A program made the position numbers and the translations under genes. Shown here piece after piece: positions 36,532 to 45,580 of a stretch of DNA of 55,305 nucleotides. Source of the DNA: Candidatus Amesbacteria bacterium GW2011_GWC1_47_15 (GTDB lineage: Bacteria > Patescibacteriota > Microgenomatia > CAZETR01 > Amesbacteraceae); assembly GCA_001001375.1 (NCBI GenBank), contig LCNU01000003.1, positions 1 to 55,305 on the forward strand. The letters are read 5' to 3'. The notes under the pieces were generated by a model. It had not been told where the DNA came from, did no database searches, and was given only the letters and a program-made list of their open reading frames with translations. Position 1 is the stretch's first letter, and each line of letters starts with the position of its first letter.

Positions 36532-37030
36532 GAGTGAATTCCTTAAATAATACGGCTGTAATAATTGAAGTCATGGCTAATACGGTCAGGCGGGTAACAG
36601 GATGCGAGGGTAGGAGTCGGACGGTAATTTTGGCCTCATAATGTTTGCCGGCAACATTTATTGCCTGGGTGGGAAGCGTGGGATAAAAGCCGTTGATATA
36701 AACCGATTCCCGCCAGGGGTGAACCAGCTCTTCCAGCCAAGAGGTAAGAGCCTGATCGCGGATAACAGTCTGCGACTCCTCGGGTGGATTATTGAGGCGG
36801 AGCTGGACCCAGGGCAGAAACCGCAAGGCAAAGGTCGAACTATAGTATTCCATAATTTCCTGCCGGGATAGGTCGGTAAAATAGGCACGGCGATAAATAC
36901 TCTCCGTATCCGCCGGCTCCGTGGATACCAATGACCCGGGAGGCGGTGGTGGAAAACCAGGATCAGGCAGCAGCAAGTACCAGGAAATAATCAGACAGAG
37001 CAGCAAAGTCGCGACTTTCAAAAACTTCAT
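36524..37030 (-). CDS. Hypothetical bitopic protein (TM - ~120-aa extracytoplasmic domain - TM)
   Basis: N-terminal helix VATLLLCLIISWYLLL followed by a PPPPP stretch, and C-terminal helix LTVLAMTSIITAVLF. No family was recognised. Confidence 0.5.
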   Translation of the reverse strand: MKFLKVATLLLCLIISWYLLLPDPGFPPPPPGSLVSTEPADTESIYRRAYFTDLSRQEIMEYYSSTFALRFLPWVQLRLNNPPEESQTVIRDQALTSWLEELVHPWRESVYINGFYPTLPTQAINVAGKHYEAKITVRLLPSHPVTRLTVLAMTSIITAVLFKEFTHV

Positions 37031-37031
37031 T

Positions 37032-37673
37032 TTATTGGAAGAGTCGGGCGCGGCCTAACCTATATTTGAGGTTTTTATTATGTCTTTGCCCGATAATCGT
37101 TGCAGGAACTCCCCCGACTATTGAATAATCCGGCACGTCTTTGGTGACGACTGCCCCGGCTGCGACCACAGCCCCCCGGCCGATTTTTACATCCGGTAAA
37201 ATTATTGCTCTGGGACCGATAAAAACATAATCCCCTATTTCCACAGGTGCGTTTACTGCTTCGAAATCAGGTGAGGAAAGGTTGTGTTCGGAGTTATATA
37301 TCATGACTTCCGATGCGATATCCGTATGATCCCCGATTATCAGCCTGTCACGGCCGTCTAAAAAACAACTGAAACCGATAACGGAATCTTTGCCTATAGT
37401 AATACCTTTCGGAGAAAAAAAGCGCGTACCCATGTGAATAGTGCTACCCGATCCGATCCTCATACCAGCCGCGGAGAAAATTATTTTACGCAGGAAATAA
37501 AGGGGCAGGTGTTCACTGATAAAATGCAGGATCATCAATTCGAAATCATAATACCAGTTGGCTGCCCGATTACCGGCTTTAGCTAACGCACCTGAAAAAG
37601 AAAGCTGTCTTCCTTGCTTATCAGTAAACGTTATCCCTCGGGAGGAAATGTGAATATTTTCTCCGTATATCAT
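37032..37673 (-). CDS. Hexapeptide-repeat (LbH) O-acetyltransferase, WcaF/Maa-like
   Basis: Left-handed beta-helix repeats (IGDHTDIASEVMIYN, IGDYVFIGPRAIILPDVKIGRGAVVAAGAVV), then VPDYSIVGGVPA. Confidence 0.82.
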   Translation of the reverse strand: MIYGENIHISSRGITFTDKQGRQLSFSGALAKAGNRAANWYYDFELMILHFISEHLPLYFLRKIIFSAAGMRIGSGSTIHMGTRFFSPKGITIGKDSVIGFSCFLDGRDRLIIGDHTDIASEVMIYNSEHNLSSPDFEAVNAPVEIGDYVFIGPRAIILPDVKIGRGAVVAAGAVVTKDVPDYSIVGGVPATIIGQRHNKNLKYRLGRARLFQ

Positions 37674-38782
37674 GTTTTGGCCGCCTGCTCTAAAACCTGC
37701 AGCGTCGAGCGGGCGGTATGTTGCCAGTCAAATAATTTTACACGCTTTAGACCGGCTTGGATATACTTGTCCCTGGATGACCCCAAGGCTTGGGCGATAC
37801 CTCCGGCTATACTGCCTGGATCAGAAGGGTCGACGTATATACCGGCGTTCCCTGCCACTTCAGGCAGACTGGCGACCCGGGAAACGACTACCGGGGTCCC
37901 GCAGGCCATAGCCTCCAACACTGGGATACCGAAACCTTCATAAAAACTGGGCATAACGAAAGCCCGGGAATGAGTCATCAGCACCGGAACTTCAGTTTCT
38001 TCCACAAACCCGGTAAATACCACCCTGTGCGAAAGCCGAAGTTTCTTTACCAGACGGAAAATATCGTCATACAGCCAGGCTTTTTTACCTGCTACAACAA
38101 GATTTACATTAATCGCAATTTTTTCATCTTTAATCAACTGAGAATATGCATTAATTAATCCAACAACATTCTTATTTGGTTTAAGGCTGCTTAAATAGAG
38201 GATAAAAGGCTCTGATATGATGTATTTTTTCAAAACTGCCGTCTGGCGGACGAGCTTAAACATATTCCTGTCATAACCGGGATAAGTTACCGTTATTTTA
38301 TTTTCCGGATAACCATAAGTGTTAACTATATCCAGTCTGGAAAATTCGGATATTGTGATAATACGTGAAGCTTTTTTTACCGAATATGCCGTCCAGCTCT
38401 TTAATTGATTAAAGTCCCGGGGTGTAAACTGGTCCGGGAATTTCAGAAACCCCAAGTCCATGATTGATATTACTGTTGGGACAGGCGAGAAGCGGGGGGC
38501 GTAATGGGTGGCGCTGAAAAAGACATCCGGTCGGGGATGGTGAGTATAGAGATCGAAGGGCAGTCGGGTCTGAGTCCAGAGCCGGGGAAATGGAAGGATG
38601 CGGTAATCCCATCCGTGACGGGATGCAGGTAAATCCAGCAAGGGAGGGTTTTTCAAATAAATGACGAATTGGTGATTAGTCTTGAGGTTATAGAAAGCGT
38701 GAATTAAATCGAAGGCATATTGGTTTACCCCCACCCGATGGGAAGTAAGGTTGGCCTCGTTGGCGTCGATACCGATAATCAT
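37670..38782 (-). CDS. Glycosyltransferase family 4
   Basis: C-terminal PSFYEGFGIPVLEAMACGTPVVVS motif. Confidence 0.85.
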   Translation of the reverse strand: MIIGIDANEANLTSHRVGVNQYAFDLIHAFYNLKTNHQFVIYLKNPPLLDLPASRHGWDYRILPFPRLWTQTRLPFDLYTHHPRPDVFFSATHYAPRFSPVPTVISIMDLGFLKFPDQFTPRDFNQLKSWTAYSVKKASRIITISEFSRLDIVNTYGYPENKITVTYPGYDRNMFKLVRQTAVLKKYIISEPFILYLSSLKPNKNVVGLINAYSQLIKDEKIAINVNLVVAGKKAWLYDDIFRLVKKLRLSHRVVFTGFVEETEVPVLMTHSRAFVMPSFYEGFGIPVLEAMACGTPVVVSRVASLPEVAGNAGIYVDPSDPGSIAGGIAQALGSSRDKYIQAGLKRVKLFDWQHTARSTLQVLEQAAKT

Positions 38783-39825
38783 AATACTGATTGGTAAACC
38801 TTCAAGGTTTCCCGAGCCGCAGCCGACCAGCTGAATTTAGATAACTGGGTTTTACCGGCGGTGATAAGTTTTTTCCTGGCCTTAATGGCCCCCGCAATAC
38901 CAGAAGCAATGGATTCCTCGTCAAACGGATCGAAATATGAAGCGGCAAGACCGGCAGCTTCCGGTAGAGAAGAGGTGCGGGAACAAGCTACCGGGATTTC
39001 GTGTCTGAAAGCTACGAGAACAGGCAGGCCGAAACCTTCGTAGAGAGAAGGATATACAAATGCACAAGCCTGCGACATATAGTCCACGAGTTCTTGATCG
39101 GACACATAACCTGTATATTCCACTCCCCGGTATTCCTTTTGCCTGATATCCGGTTTTTCTCCTATAATTATCAGTTTTTCGGTAAGCCGGTATTTGGAAT
39201 TGAAATTGAGATATGCCGAAATAAGCCGATCTATATTCTTTCGCGGCTGACGGGCCCCTATGGCCAGGATATAGGGGACATCATGCAGAGAAGAGGGTGA
39301 AGGTGGAATATCAAAGCGGGAGGGCAGGGCTTCGGGAACGATACTTATCTTAGAAACAGGAAATTTAAAAAGTTTTTGGAAATCAGAAGCCGTGTTTTGA
39401 GAAACGCATATAACATGTTGGCATTCCTTGACCACCCACTTCATTCGGGAGGAATGAACGGCAACAATCGATGTGGATGTTTCGGCCGGATAAAGAAACG
39501 GGGACAAGTCGTGAACCGTGGTAACTTTGGCTGATGAGTCCGGGCCTTGGGCCCAATCTGACGAATGGTAAATATCGATACTACCGGGGGCGAAATTTTC
39601 AAAATTCACAACGTGAAGCCGGTTCCATAAATAATGCAGGGCTGTAGGGGGTATGGGGTATAAAACCAAGTCGGGTATCAACCTTTTTAGTTCCTGTCCC
39701 CGCCGCAGGGAAAAACCTACCGGTACAATTTCCGCCAGAGGCTGAAGATGCCTAACTAACTCTACCGTATAATCGGAAACCCCGGTTCCATAGACTGCCT
39801 GGGAAACATCAATACCTACTTTCAT
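38779..39825 (-). CDS. Glycosyltransferase family 4
   Basis: ATG 39825 gives the MKVGIDVSQAVYGTGVSDY start. The C-terminal motif is PSLYEGFGLPVLVAFRHEIPVACS. The track ORF N-terminal extension (to 39978) overlaps the upstream gene. Confidence 0.82.
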   Translation of the reverse strand: MKVGIDVSQAVYGTGVSDYTVELVRHLQPLAEIVPVGFSLRRGQELKRLIPDLVLYPIPPTALHYLWNRLHVVNFENFAPGSIDIYHSSDWAQGPDSSAKVTTVHDLSPFLYPAETSTSIVAVHSSRMKWVVKECQHVICVSQNTASDFQKLFKFPVSKISIVPEALPSRFDIPPSPSSLHDVPYILAIGARQPRKNIDRLISAYLNFNSKYRLTEKLIIIGEKPDIRQKEYRGVEYTGYVSDQELVDYMSQACAFVYPSLYEGFGLPVLVAFRHEIPVACSRTSSLPEAAGLAASYFDPFDEESIASGIAGAIKARKKLITAGKTQLSKFSWSAAARETLKVYQSVL

Positions 39826-41134
39826 AGACCTCCACATCACCGATTTTGTCCATAAGGCGATAGTCCCTGCGGATAAATTGTAACAGGGGACGGGCGTATT
39901 CAGTAACCGGAACCTTGTCAACCACTGCCGAGGTGTCAAAAAATATGTAGCGGGGCGGATCCAGAGCCAAGTCCGCAAGCATCCGGTCTCCCGTCAGATG
40001 TAAATACCACGGGAGCTGATAGACAAAAAAACTACCGGAAGGAAGGGTGCCGGAAAGAACATATAAATGGGGCTGTACTCCCAGCAGGAAAGTTTTGTCC
40101 CCCGCCGGCACACGCCGGGAAATACTTTGCGCCAGACGTAAGGACGCGGAATCAAAAAAGCGGTATTGGAAAAAGTGCGACTGGCGGAAGTAATACCGCC
40201 CGAAAACAGCGATCAAAAAAGCAGATAACGCGTAAAAGACGATCCGTTTATACCTGTACAGATCTGCAGCCAGAACTCCGGTGATGAGAGACAGAAAGGG
40301 AACAGCGGCCTGGAAATGCATCCTGTCCACCCGCGTAAAACCGCTTAAAACTAACAGGCCGGCCCAGACAACGGGAAACAAAACAGAAGTCCGTTTATTC
40401 TGATAAATCAAGGATGACACGACGACCAGTGCAGGTGAGATCAGATACAATACGGCGCGAAAAGAAGGAGGAGAGAATGCCAGAGTCGGATAATATAGCC
40501 AGTTAAATTCAATGGTCCAGAACCAGAATTCATCAAAAACACCCCGGGAATAGACCCAGTAAAAAAGGGCGGCAACAGGCAGGAATACGCCGGCCGCGAA
40601 GCGAAAAGCGGTTTTTAACCTGCCCGGGGAACAGACAGCCGCCCAGGGAATAAGGAATAAAGGCAGTATCAAAGCCGATTGCTTGAAGAGGACAGCGGCT
40701 CCCAGGAGCAGGCCGGACACAAAGTATTTCCGGCCCAACCAATAATAAAAAGCGATAACAGCAAAAAAACCTACGAAAGAATCGTACCAGAGATGGTTTC
40801 CTGCGAAATATATCTGCCACAGGGCAAATGCAAAGACGGAAAAATATCGTCCTTTCAACCTCAATTTACCTGCAGATTTGAAAATAAAAACGGATTGGAC
40901 AAGGATCAGCAGCAAGGCCAGTTTTTTAAAATCCAGAGGATCGGTGAAACCCAGGGAATAAAAGTTGGTACCCGTCAGCGTGAGGGCGGGAAAATGCTGA
41001 TCGATGATCTGGCGGTAAGGAATCAGACCCCGGTTCACGAGATAGGGGTAGATGTGGAATTCGGGATAGGAAAAAAATTCCAGCGGCCAATAGAGGAACA
41101 GATGAAACAAGACGGCGAACAAAAAAAGCATCAT
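39809..41134 (-). CDS. GT-C-fold polytopic membrane glycosyltransferase-like protein
   Basis: 441 aa with about 12 TM helices and a short C-terminal soluble domain. It sits between GT4 genes and another GT-C gene. The sub-family is not resolved. Confidence 0.55.
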   Translation of the reverse strand: MMLFLFAVLFHLFLYWPLEFFSYPEFHIYPYLVNRGLIPYRQIIDQHFPALTLTGTNFYSLGFTDPLDFKKLALLLILVQSVFIFKSAGKLRLKGRYFSVFAFALWQIYFAGNHLWYDSFVGFFAVIAFYYWLGRKYFVSGLLLGAAVLFKQSALILPLFLIPWAAVCSPGRLKTAFRFAAGVFLPVAALFYWVYSRGVFDEFWFWTIEFNWLYYPTLAFSPPSFRAVLYLISPALVVVSSLIYQNKRTSVLFPVVWAGLLVLSGFTRVDRMHFQAAVPFLSLITGVLAADLYRYKRIVFYALSAFLIAVFGRYYFRQSHFFQYRFFDSASLRLAQSISRRVPAGDKTFLLGVQPHLYVLSGTLPSGSFFVYQLPWYLHLTGDRMLADLALDPPRYIFFDTSAVVDKVPVTEYARPLLQFIRRDYRLMDKIGDVEVYESRY

Positions 41135-42537
41135 ATCTTTTGGTAGCGATAAATAAATCCTACCCCAGGGTAATCATATATCCCTGTCTGGATGAAATGA
41201 TTGGCACGCAGGGCTTTTTCCACATTCAGGCCGGGATCCGTCAGACCGGTGAGATATTCCATTAGATATAATTCGGGTAAATTTGCCACCGAGTCAAGCC
41301 GTGCCGCGACGGAAGAGTATTCGGCCGGATAAGAAGAAACTACCGGATATACGGAAAGTCCGGGAGCATACCAGTCTATGGGAGCAAACACGGAGGAGGA
41401 TTTGATAAGTACGGGTCCCGGCCGGGTTTGTAAAAATGCCATAGCCTGTCGCCACTGTTCTCTTTGGAGACGGGGGCGAGTGAAATAGGCGATATCCCCA
41501 ACCAGGAAGATATAAAAAATCAAGGCTGTGAATAGACGCGGATAGCGCAGGCAAGCCTGGACCATGAGTAAAACAAAGGCCGGGAGAATATAAATGACCC
41601 GGAAAGGCTGATTCTGGGGCAGCAGCAACGATGTCAAGAGGAGTGAAAATACAGGGACAATAGCCCAGATAAAGAGAAAGCGTTTGTGCATGGACGCCAG
41701 ACCCAGAGAGGCGAAGGTAACAAAAAAGACAAAGGTAATATATATTCCATATAAATACCGCGAGATAAAACTTATTCTTCCAGCTATTATCTTGAAAATA
41801 ATAACCGGGAAAGCTTTAAGAGGGGAAATACTTAAGACATTTCGCCACCCCGGAAGGTAATGGTCTATGTTAAGTCCTGATCCCAGCTGACGGAAAAACT
41901 GTGGAAGCCACGGCAGGAAGATCACAATAATAAGTAAATGGCTGACAGCTAAATTTTTGGCATGTTTCCGGGCATAGAAAAGGACATATACTGTCTGGGC
42001 GAAAATTAAAAAAATACCCGAGTAATGGGTATAAAGCATGAGGGCGTTTACCAATCCCAACGTTAAATATTTTTTACGATATAACAAATAGATCGAGAGA
42101 GTGCCCAGAAAAGAAAGTAAAGAGTACATACGGAATTCCTGGGAATAATAAATATGGAAGGGGGAAACCGCGAGCATCAAGCTGGCTAAATGTTTAATAT
42201 CCAATGTCCAATGTTTAATGTTTATATATTTGTCGGGGAATAAATCTTTTGCGAAAACGTAAATCAGATACATATCTGCTAATCCAAAGGTAAGCGGGAG
42301 CAGGCGCAGCCAGATCTCGGACCGGCCAAAAGACAACCAGGCATGCGCCAGAAAATAAAACATAGGCGGATGAAAATCGGCTCCCCTGCCAAACCAGATC
42401 TGAGAAACCGGCAGGGAGGACATTTGGGCCTGACTGGCTTCATCCAGCCAAAAACTCTGATCAATATTTATCAGCCTGAGTACAAGACCGAGAACCAGTA
42501 TAAATGTCAGGATGTATGGGGATTTTGTTTTTGCCAT
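41131..42537 (-). CDS. GT-C membrane glycosyltransferase (PMT_2/GT39-like)
   Basis: ATG 42537 gives MAKTKSPYILTFILVLGLVLRLINIDQSFWLDEA. The FWLDE loop-1 acidic motif is typical of PMT_2-family enzymes. The protein is polytopic. Confidence 0.7.
   Translation of the reverse strand: MAKTKSPYILTFILVLGLVLRLINIDQSFWLDEASQAQMSSLPVSQIWFGRGADFHPPMFYFLAHAWLSFGRSEIWLRLLPLTFGLADMYLIYVFAKDLFPDKYINIKHWTLDIKHLASLMLAVSPFHIYYSQEFRMYSLLSFLGTLSIYLLYRKKYLTLGLVNALMLYTHYSGIFLIFAQTVYVLFYARKHAKNLAVSHLLIIVIFLPWLPQFFRQLGSGLNIDHYLPGWRNVLSISPLKAFPVIIFKIIAGRISFISRYLYGIYITFVFFVTFASLGLASMHKRFLFIWAIVPVFSLLLTSLLLPQNQPFRVIYILPAFVLLMVQACLRYPRLFTALIFYIFLVGDIAYFTRPRLQREQWRQAMAFLQTRPGPVLIKSSSVFAPIDWYAPGLSVYPVVSSYPAEYSSVAARLDSVANLPELYLMEYLTGLTDPGLNVEKALRANHFIQTGIYDYPGVGFIYRYQKI
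42187..42228. repeat. Imperfect heptanucleotide tandem repeat (6 units) inside the GT-C gene
   Basis: taaatgt|ttaatat|ccaatgt|ccaatgt|ttaatgt|ttatata. This is a local AT-rich patch encoding YINIKHWTLDIKHLA. The unit length is not a multiple of 3. Confidence 0.5.
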
Positions 42538-43274
42538 GATTTGACGGCCAGACAGGCGCCGTATACAGCCATGAGATAACTTAAGAACAGGCCGTGCCAG
42601 CCATCCAGAAAACCGGCGAACAGGAAATAATGGCGGAAAAATTTCCATTTTGGCTGGAGGATCAATCTAAGCCAGTGGGGACGAATCAAAGATGAAAAAC
42701 GGCTTTGGCTGCCCGAAGAAATATCCAAGGTCGTATATTGATTTGTTTTGTGTAAAAATTCTTCCACGGTGCGGTAATGGAAATGATATTTGGGAGCTGA
42801 TAGACTTCCCACCGGTCCGTCCACCGAGACCCGCTCATGTACCGCGTTTTCCCAATGGCTTCTGGTTTTGTCGAACAGCCAGACGTGCTTATCCGATGCG
42901 GGAGACCAATTAGTATGATAAATGGATTTACCAAAAATATAGTTGATCCGGGGAAAGGCGAAAGCGGCAAAACGAGTCCCGGGAACGGCGGACTTGATTT
43001 CCTTTATCAATTCTTCGGAGGCTGTTTCATCTGCATCCAGGGATAATACCCATTTGAATTTCGTGAGCGATACCGCATAATTTTTCTGTGAGGCGAAATC
43101 ATCAAATTGCCTATGAAAAACCCGGGCTCCCGATTTTTCAGCGACGGCGGAGGTAGTGTCCGAAGAAGAAGAATCAACTACAACCACAATGTCTGTTGTC
43201 AGAGGCGAAACGCTTTCTATACAGCTGCCTATAACATCTGCGGCGTTTTTAGCAATAATGGCTACGGAGAACAT
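42507..43274 (-). CDS. Glycosyltransferase family 2
   Basis: [21 protein letters not shown]...VVVVDSSSSDTT...LSLDADE, a GT-A fold with DxD. Confidence 0.82.
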   Translation of the reverse strand: MFSVAIIAKNAADVIGSCIESVSPLTTDIVVVVDSSSSDTTSAVAEKSGARVFHRQFDDFASQKNYAVSLTKFKWVLSLDADETASEELIKEIKSAVPGTRFAAFAFPRINYIFGKSIYHTNWSPASDKHVWLFDKTRSHWENAVHERVSVDGPVGSLSAPKYHFHYRTVEEFLHKTNQYTTLDISSGSQSRFSSLIRPHWLRLILQPKWKFFRHYFLFAGFLDGWHGLFLSYLMAVYGACLAVKSWQKQNPHTS

Positions 43275-44194
43275 AATTTTTCAAACAGTTGATGATACTC
43301 CAAAGCAATTTTACTCCAGGGATACTTTTCGGCTTGAATCCGGGGTTTATTTTCCCAATCTGTTTTCAAGGCTACATTTAATGCAGATGCGTAAGCGGCT
43401 GAATCAGATGGGTCTGCATACAGTCCGGCCACACCAACAATTTCCCGGCGTATAGGATCGTCTGTGGAAACTACAGGCAGACCGGAGGCCATAGCCTCGA
43501 GCAAAACAATGCCGAATGATTCCCAGGGAACCGTAGGGAAGGTAAATATGTCCGCGCCGAGGTAAACACCCGGCATTTGAGTATGGGGATATGCGGAAGT
43601 TTTGAACCTTCCTGGGAGAAGACGGTTTCCAAGCTCAACCAAGTGTTTTTCCTCCTCTCCCCTGCCCACCAGCCAGAGAGAAGCTGTTTTCAGCCGAGAT
43701 ACGGCTTTGATGGCCAGGTCCAATCTTTTTTGGGTCGTAAAAGCCGAAACGCAAAGAATCACGGGCCCGGGTAAATCCGGGTTGATTTTTTTTACCGAGG
43801 AATTAAATTTTTCCAAATCGACGCCGTTGGGGATTTTTTCCACCCGCACGAAAGGATTTATTTTTTTTGCCCATTTCCGCTGGTATTCGGAGAGAGCGAT
43901 AAACACCGAGGGAAATGTATAGAGATTTATACGGTCGTCCAGACCGGGGCCGGAATGGCCGGAGATGACAAATTTTGTACCACTTAAGAAACTCAATTTT
44001 CGGGCGAATATATTATCCAACCGACCGTTTACTCCCACTAAAATTTGCGCGTCTGCAGGTACCGAATCAAAAATATTTTTTCTAATTAAGACCGTATTAC
44101 CTAACTGCATCAATTGCGAGGACAGATTTTCCACGTATGTCTCCGCCCCGCGGCTGACTTCTCCCTGAAATCTGCTCAAAAATACGATTTTCAT
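43262..44194 (-). CDS. Glycosyltransferase family 4 (first gene of the 19-gene run)
   Basis: ATG 44194 gives [24 protein letters not shown]. The C-terminal motif is [21 protein letters not shown]. The track ORF extension to 44365 overlaps the divergent GT2 gene. Confidence 0.8.
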   Translation of the reverse strand: MKIVFLSRFQGEVSRGAETYVENLSSQLMQLGNTVLIRKNIFDSVPADAQILVGVNGRLDNIFARKLSFLSGTKFVISGHSGPGLDDRINLYTFPSVFIALSEYQRKWAKKINPFVRVEKIPNGVDLEKFNSSVKKINPDLPGPVILCVSAFTTQKRLDLAIKAVSRLKTASLWLVGRGEEEKHLVELGNRLLPGRFKTSAYPHTQMPGVYLGADIFTFPTVPWESFGIVLLEAMASGLPVVSTDDPIRREIVGVAGLYADPSDSAAYASALNVALKTDWENKPRIQAEKYPWSKIALEYHQLFEKLCSP

Positions 44195-44196
44195 AT

Positions 44197-44202
44197 TATA
44201 AT
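44197..44202 (+). promoter_or_regulatory. -10 box TATAAT, 7 nt upstream of GTG 44210 (leaderless-type)
   Basis: TATAAT at 44197-44202, then TCCCATA, then GTG. It lies in the 15-nt divergent spacer between the GT4 and GT2 genes. Confidence 0.35.
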
Positions 44203-44209
44203 TCCCATA

Positions 44210-44914
44210 GTGAAGAAGCTTTCGGTCATAATTCCAGTATACAACGAGGAAAAAACGGTGGGGGAAATTATTAGGAGAGTGCAAAGGGCAAAAGTAAACG
44301 GGCTGAACAAAGAAATTATAGTAATAAACGACGGTTCGACGGATAATACAAAACAAGTACTTCAAAAATTTAAAGATAAAGACACCAGGATTTTAAACAA
44401 ACCGAAAAACGAAGGAAAGGGGGCTGCATTGAGAGACGGAATACGCAGCGCCACCGGAGATATTTTACTCATCCAGGACGCGGATCTGGAGTATGACCCG
44501 AGGGAATATCCCCTACTGATCGACCCGATAAGGGAAGGAAACGCGGATGTGGTATACGGCTCACGATTTATCAGCTTCAGACCGCACAGGGTGCAATTTT
44601 TCTGGCACATGATGGGCAACAAACTGCTGACTTTACTGACCAACGCAGTAACAAACATGAACTTCACGGATATGGAAACCTGCTACAAGGCATTTACGCG
44701 CGATATAGCCAACCGGCTGAAAATTGAAGAAAACAGGTTTGGTTTTGAACCGGAATTTACGATCAAAGTATCCCGGATGAATGCCCGGGTGTTTGAGGTC
44801 GGCATCAGTTACCTGGGCAGGAGTTATGAGGAAGGCAAGAAGATCAACTGGAAAGACGGGGTCTGGGCGTTATGGTGTATTGCCAAGTACGGGTTTTTGG
44901 GCGACGGCAAATAG
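44210..44914 (+). CDS. Polyprenyl-phosphate sugar synthase-like GT2 (DPM1/DPG-synthase-like)
   Basis: [44 protein letters not shown], and YGSRF, matching the DPM/DPG-synthase-like subgroup. The GTG 44210 start was preferred. The track ORF start at 44114 would overlap the opposite-strand gene by 80 nt. Confidence 0.75.
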   Translation: MKKLSVIIPVYNEEKTVGEIIRRVQRAKVNGLNKEIIVINDGSTDNTKQVLQKFKDKDTRILNKPKNEGKGAALRDGIRSATGDILLIQDADLEYDPREYPLLIDPIREGNADVVYGSRFISFRPHRVQFFWHMMGNKLLTLLTNAVTNMNFTDMETCYKAFTRDIANRLKIEENRFGFEPEFTIKVSRMNARVFEVGISYLGRSYEEGKKINWKDGVWALWCIAKYGFLGDGK

Positions 44915-45580
44915 ACTCTGACCGAACGGTACTGATAGGTGGTTTTCCAGATAAAGGAACGGTGTCAGCAGAGCATCGTAAATCTTTTGGGTCAGCGGAT
45001 AATAGTTTTCAAACGGCGGCAGCCGGTTGGCAAGCCACCAGGCAAAAAAACCAAGAAAGTTGTAATACCGTAATTCTTTTATTTCAAATCCTGCGGACTT
45101 CAGCAAAAACGAAAGCACACGGGGAGTATAACGGCGGCAGTGGCCCAGGCGGGAATCTATAGGACCGGAAATCTCCGGACGCGCCGGGACAAATAACAAC
45201 AGTTTCCCACCCGGACGCAGTACCCTGAAAAAGTGTGAAATCGCTTTTTTATCATCCGGTATATGCTCCAATACGTTTGCTGAAAATATTGTGTCCGGCG
45301 TGAGTTTTGCCAGCAATTCTGGGGGGGGTTTTTGGATATCCCAGGCCACCACCCGGTGAGGAAAGTGCTTTGACAAAAAGGAAACATAATCCCGGTTAAT
45401 ATCTGATAAAGTAAGGCTTTTTTTTTGAGGAACCAAACGTGAGAGATGACCCAAACCACTGCCTATTTCGAGAATATTTTCGCCGAAATTCGAAATAAAA
45501 CGGTCCATTATCCACTGATGGTAGCGGTGCATGACAGCGACATTTTCCAGTACTGCATGGCCGGAATAATAATTACTCAT
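44870..45580 (-). CDS. Class I SAM-dependent methyltransferase
   Basis: Motif [13 protein letters not shown], with later [12 protein letters not shown]. Confidence 0.8.
   Translation of the reverse strand: MSNYYSGHAVLENVAVMHRYHQWIMDRFISNFGENILEIGSGLGHLSRLVPQKKSLTLSDINRDYVSFLSKHFPHRVVAWDIQKPPPELLAKLTPDTIFSANVLEHIPDDKKAISHFFRVLRPGGKLLLFVPARPEISGPIDSRLGHCRRYTPRVLSFLLKSAGFEIKELRYYNFLGFFAWWLANRLPPFENYYPLTQKIYDALLTPFLYLENHLSVPFGQSLFAVAQKPVLGNTP

Noticed and set aside
45321-45328. Homopolymer tracts as phase-variation switches: G8/C8 at 45321-45328 and A9/T9 at 45418-45426 in one methyltransferase, C8 at 47940-47947 in Wzx, and A8 runs in several GT genes
   Set aside because: Comparable tracts occur in essential genes (A8/T8 at 9825-9832 in ileS; G7 at 14986-14992 in ftsQ). 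A rough expectation for runs of 8 in 55 kb is about one per base type. Most runs are simply Lys-Lys or Pro-Pro/Gly-Gly codons. There is no enrichment that I can defend without read-level data.
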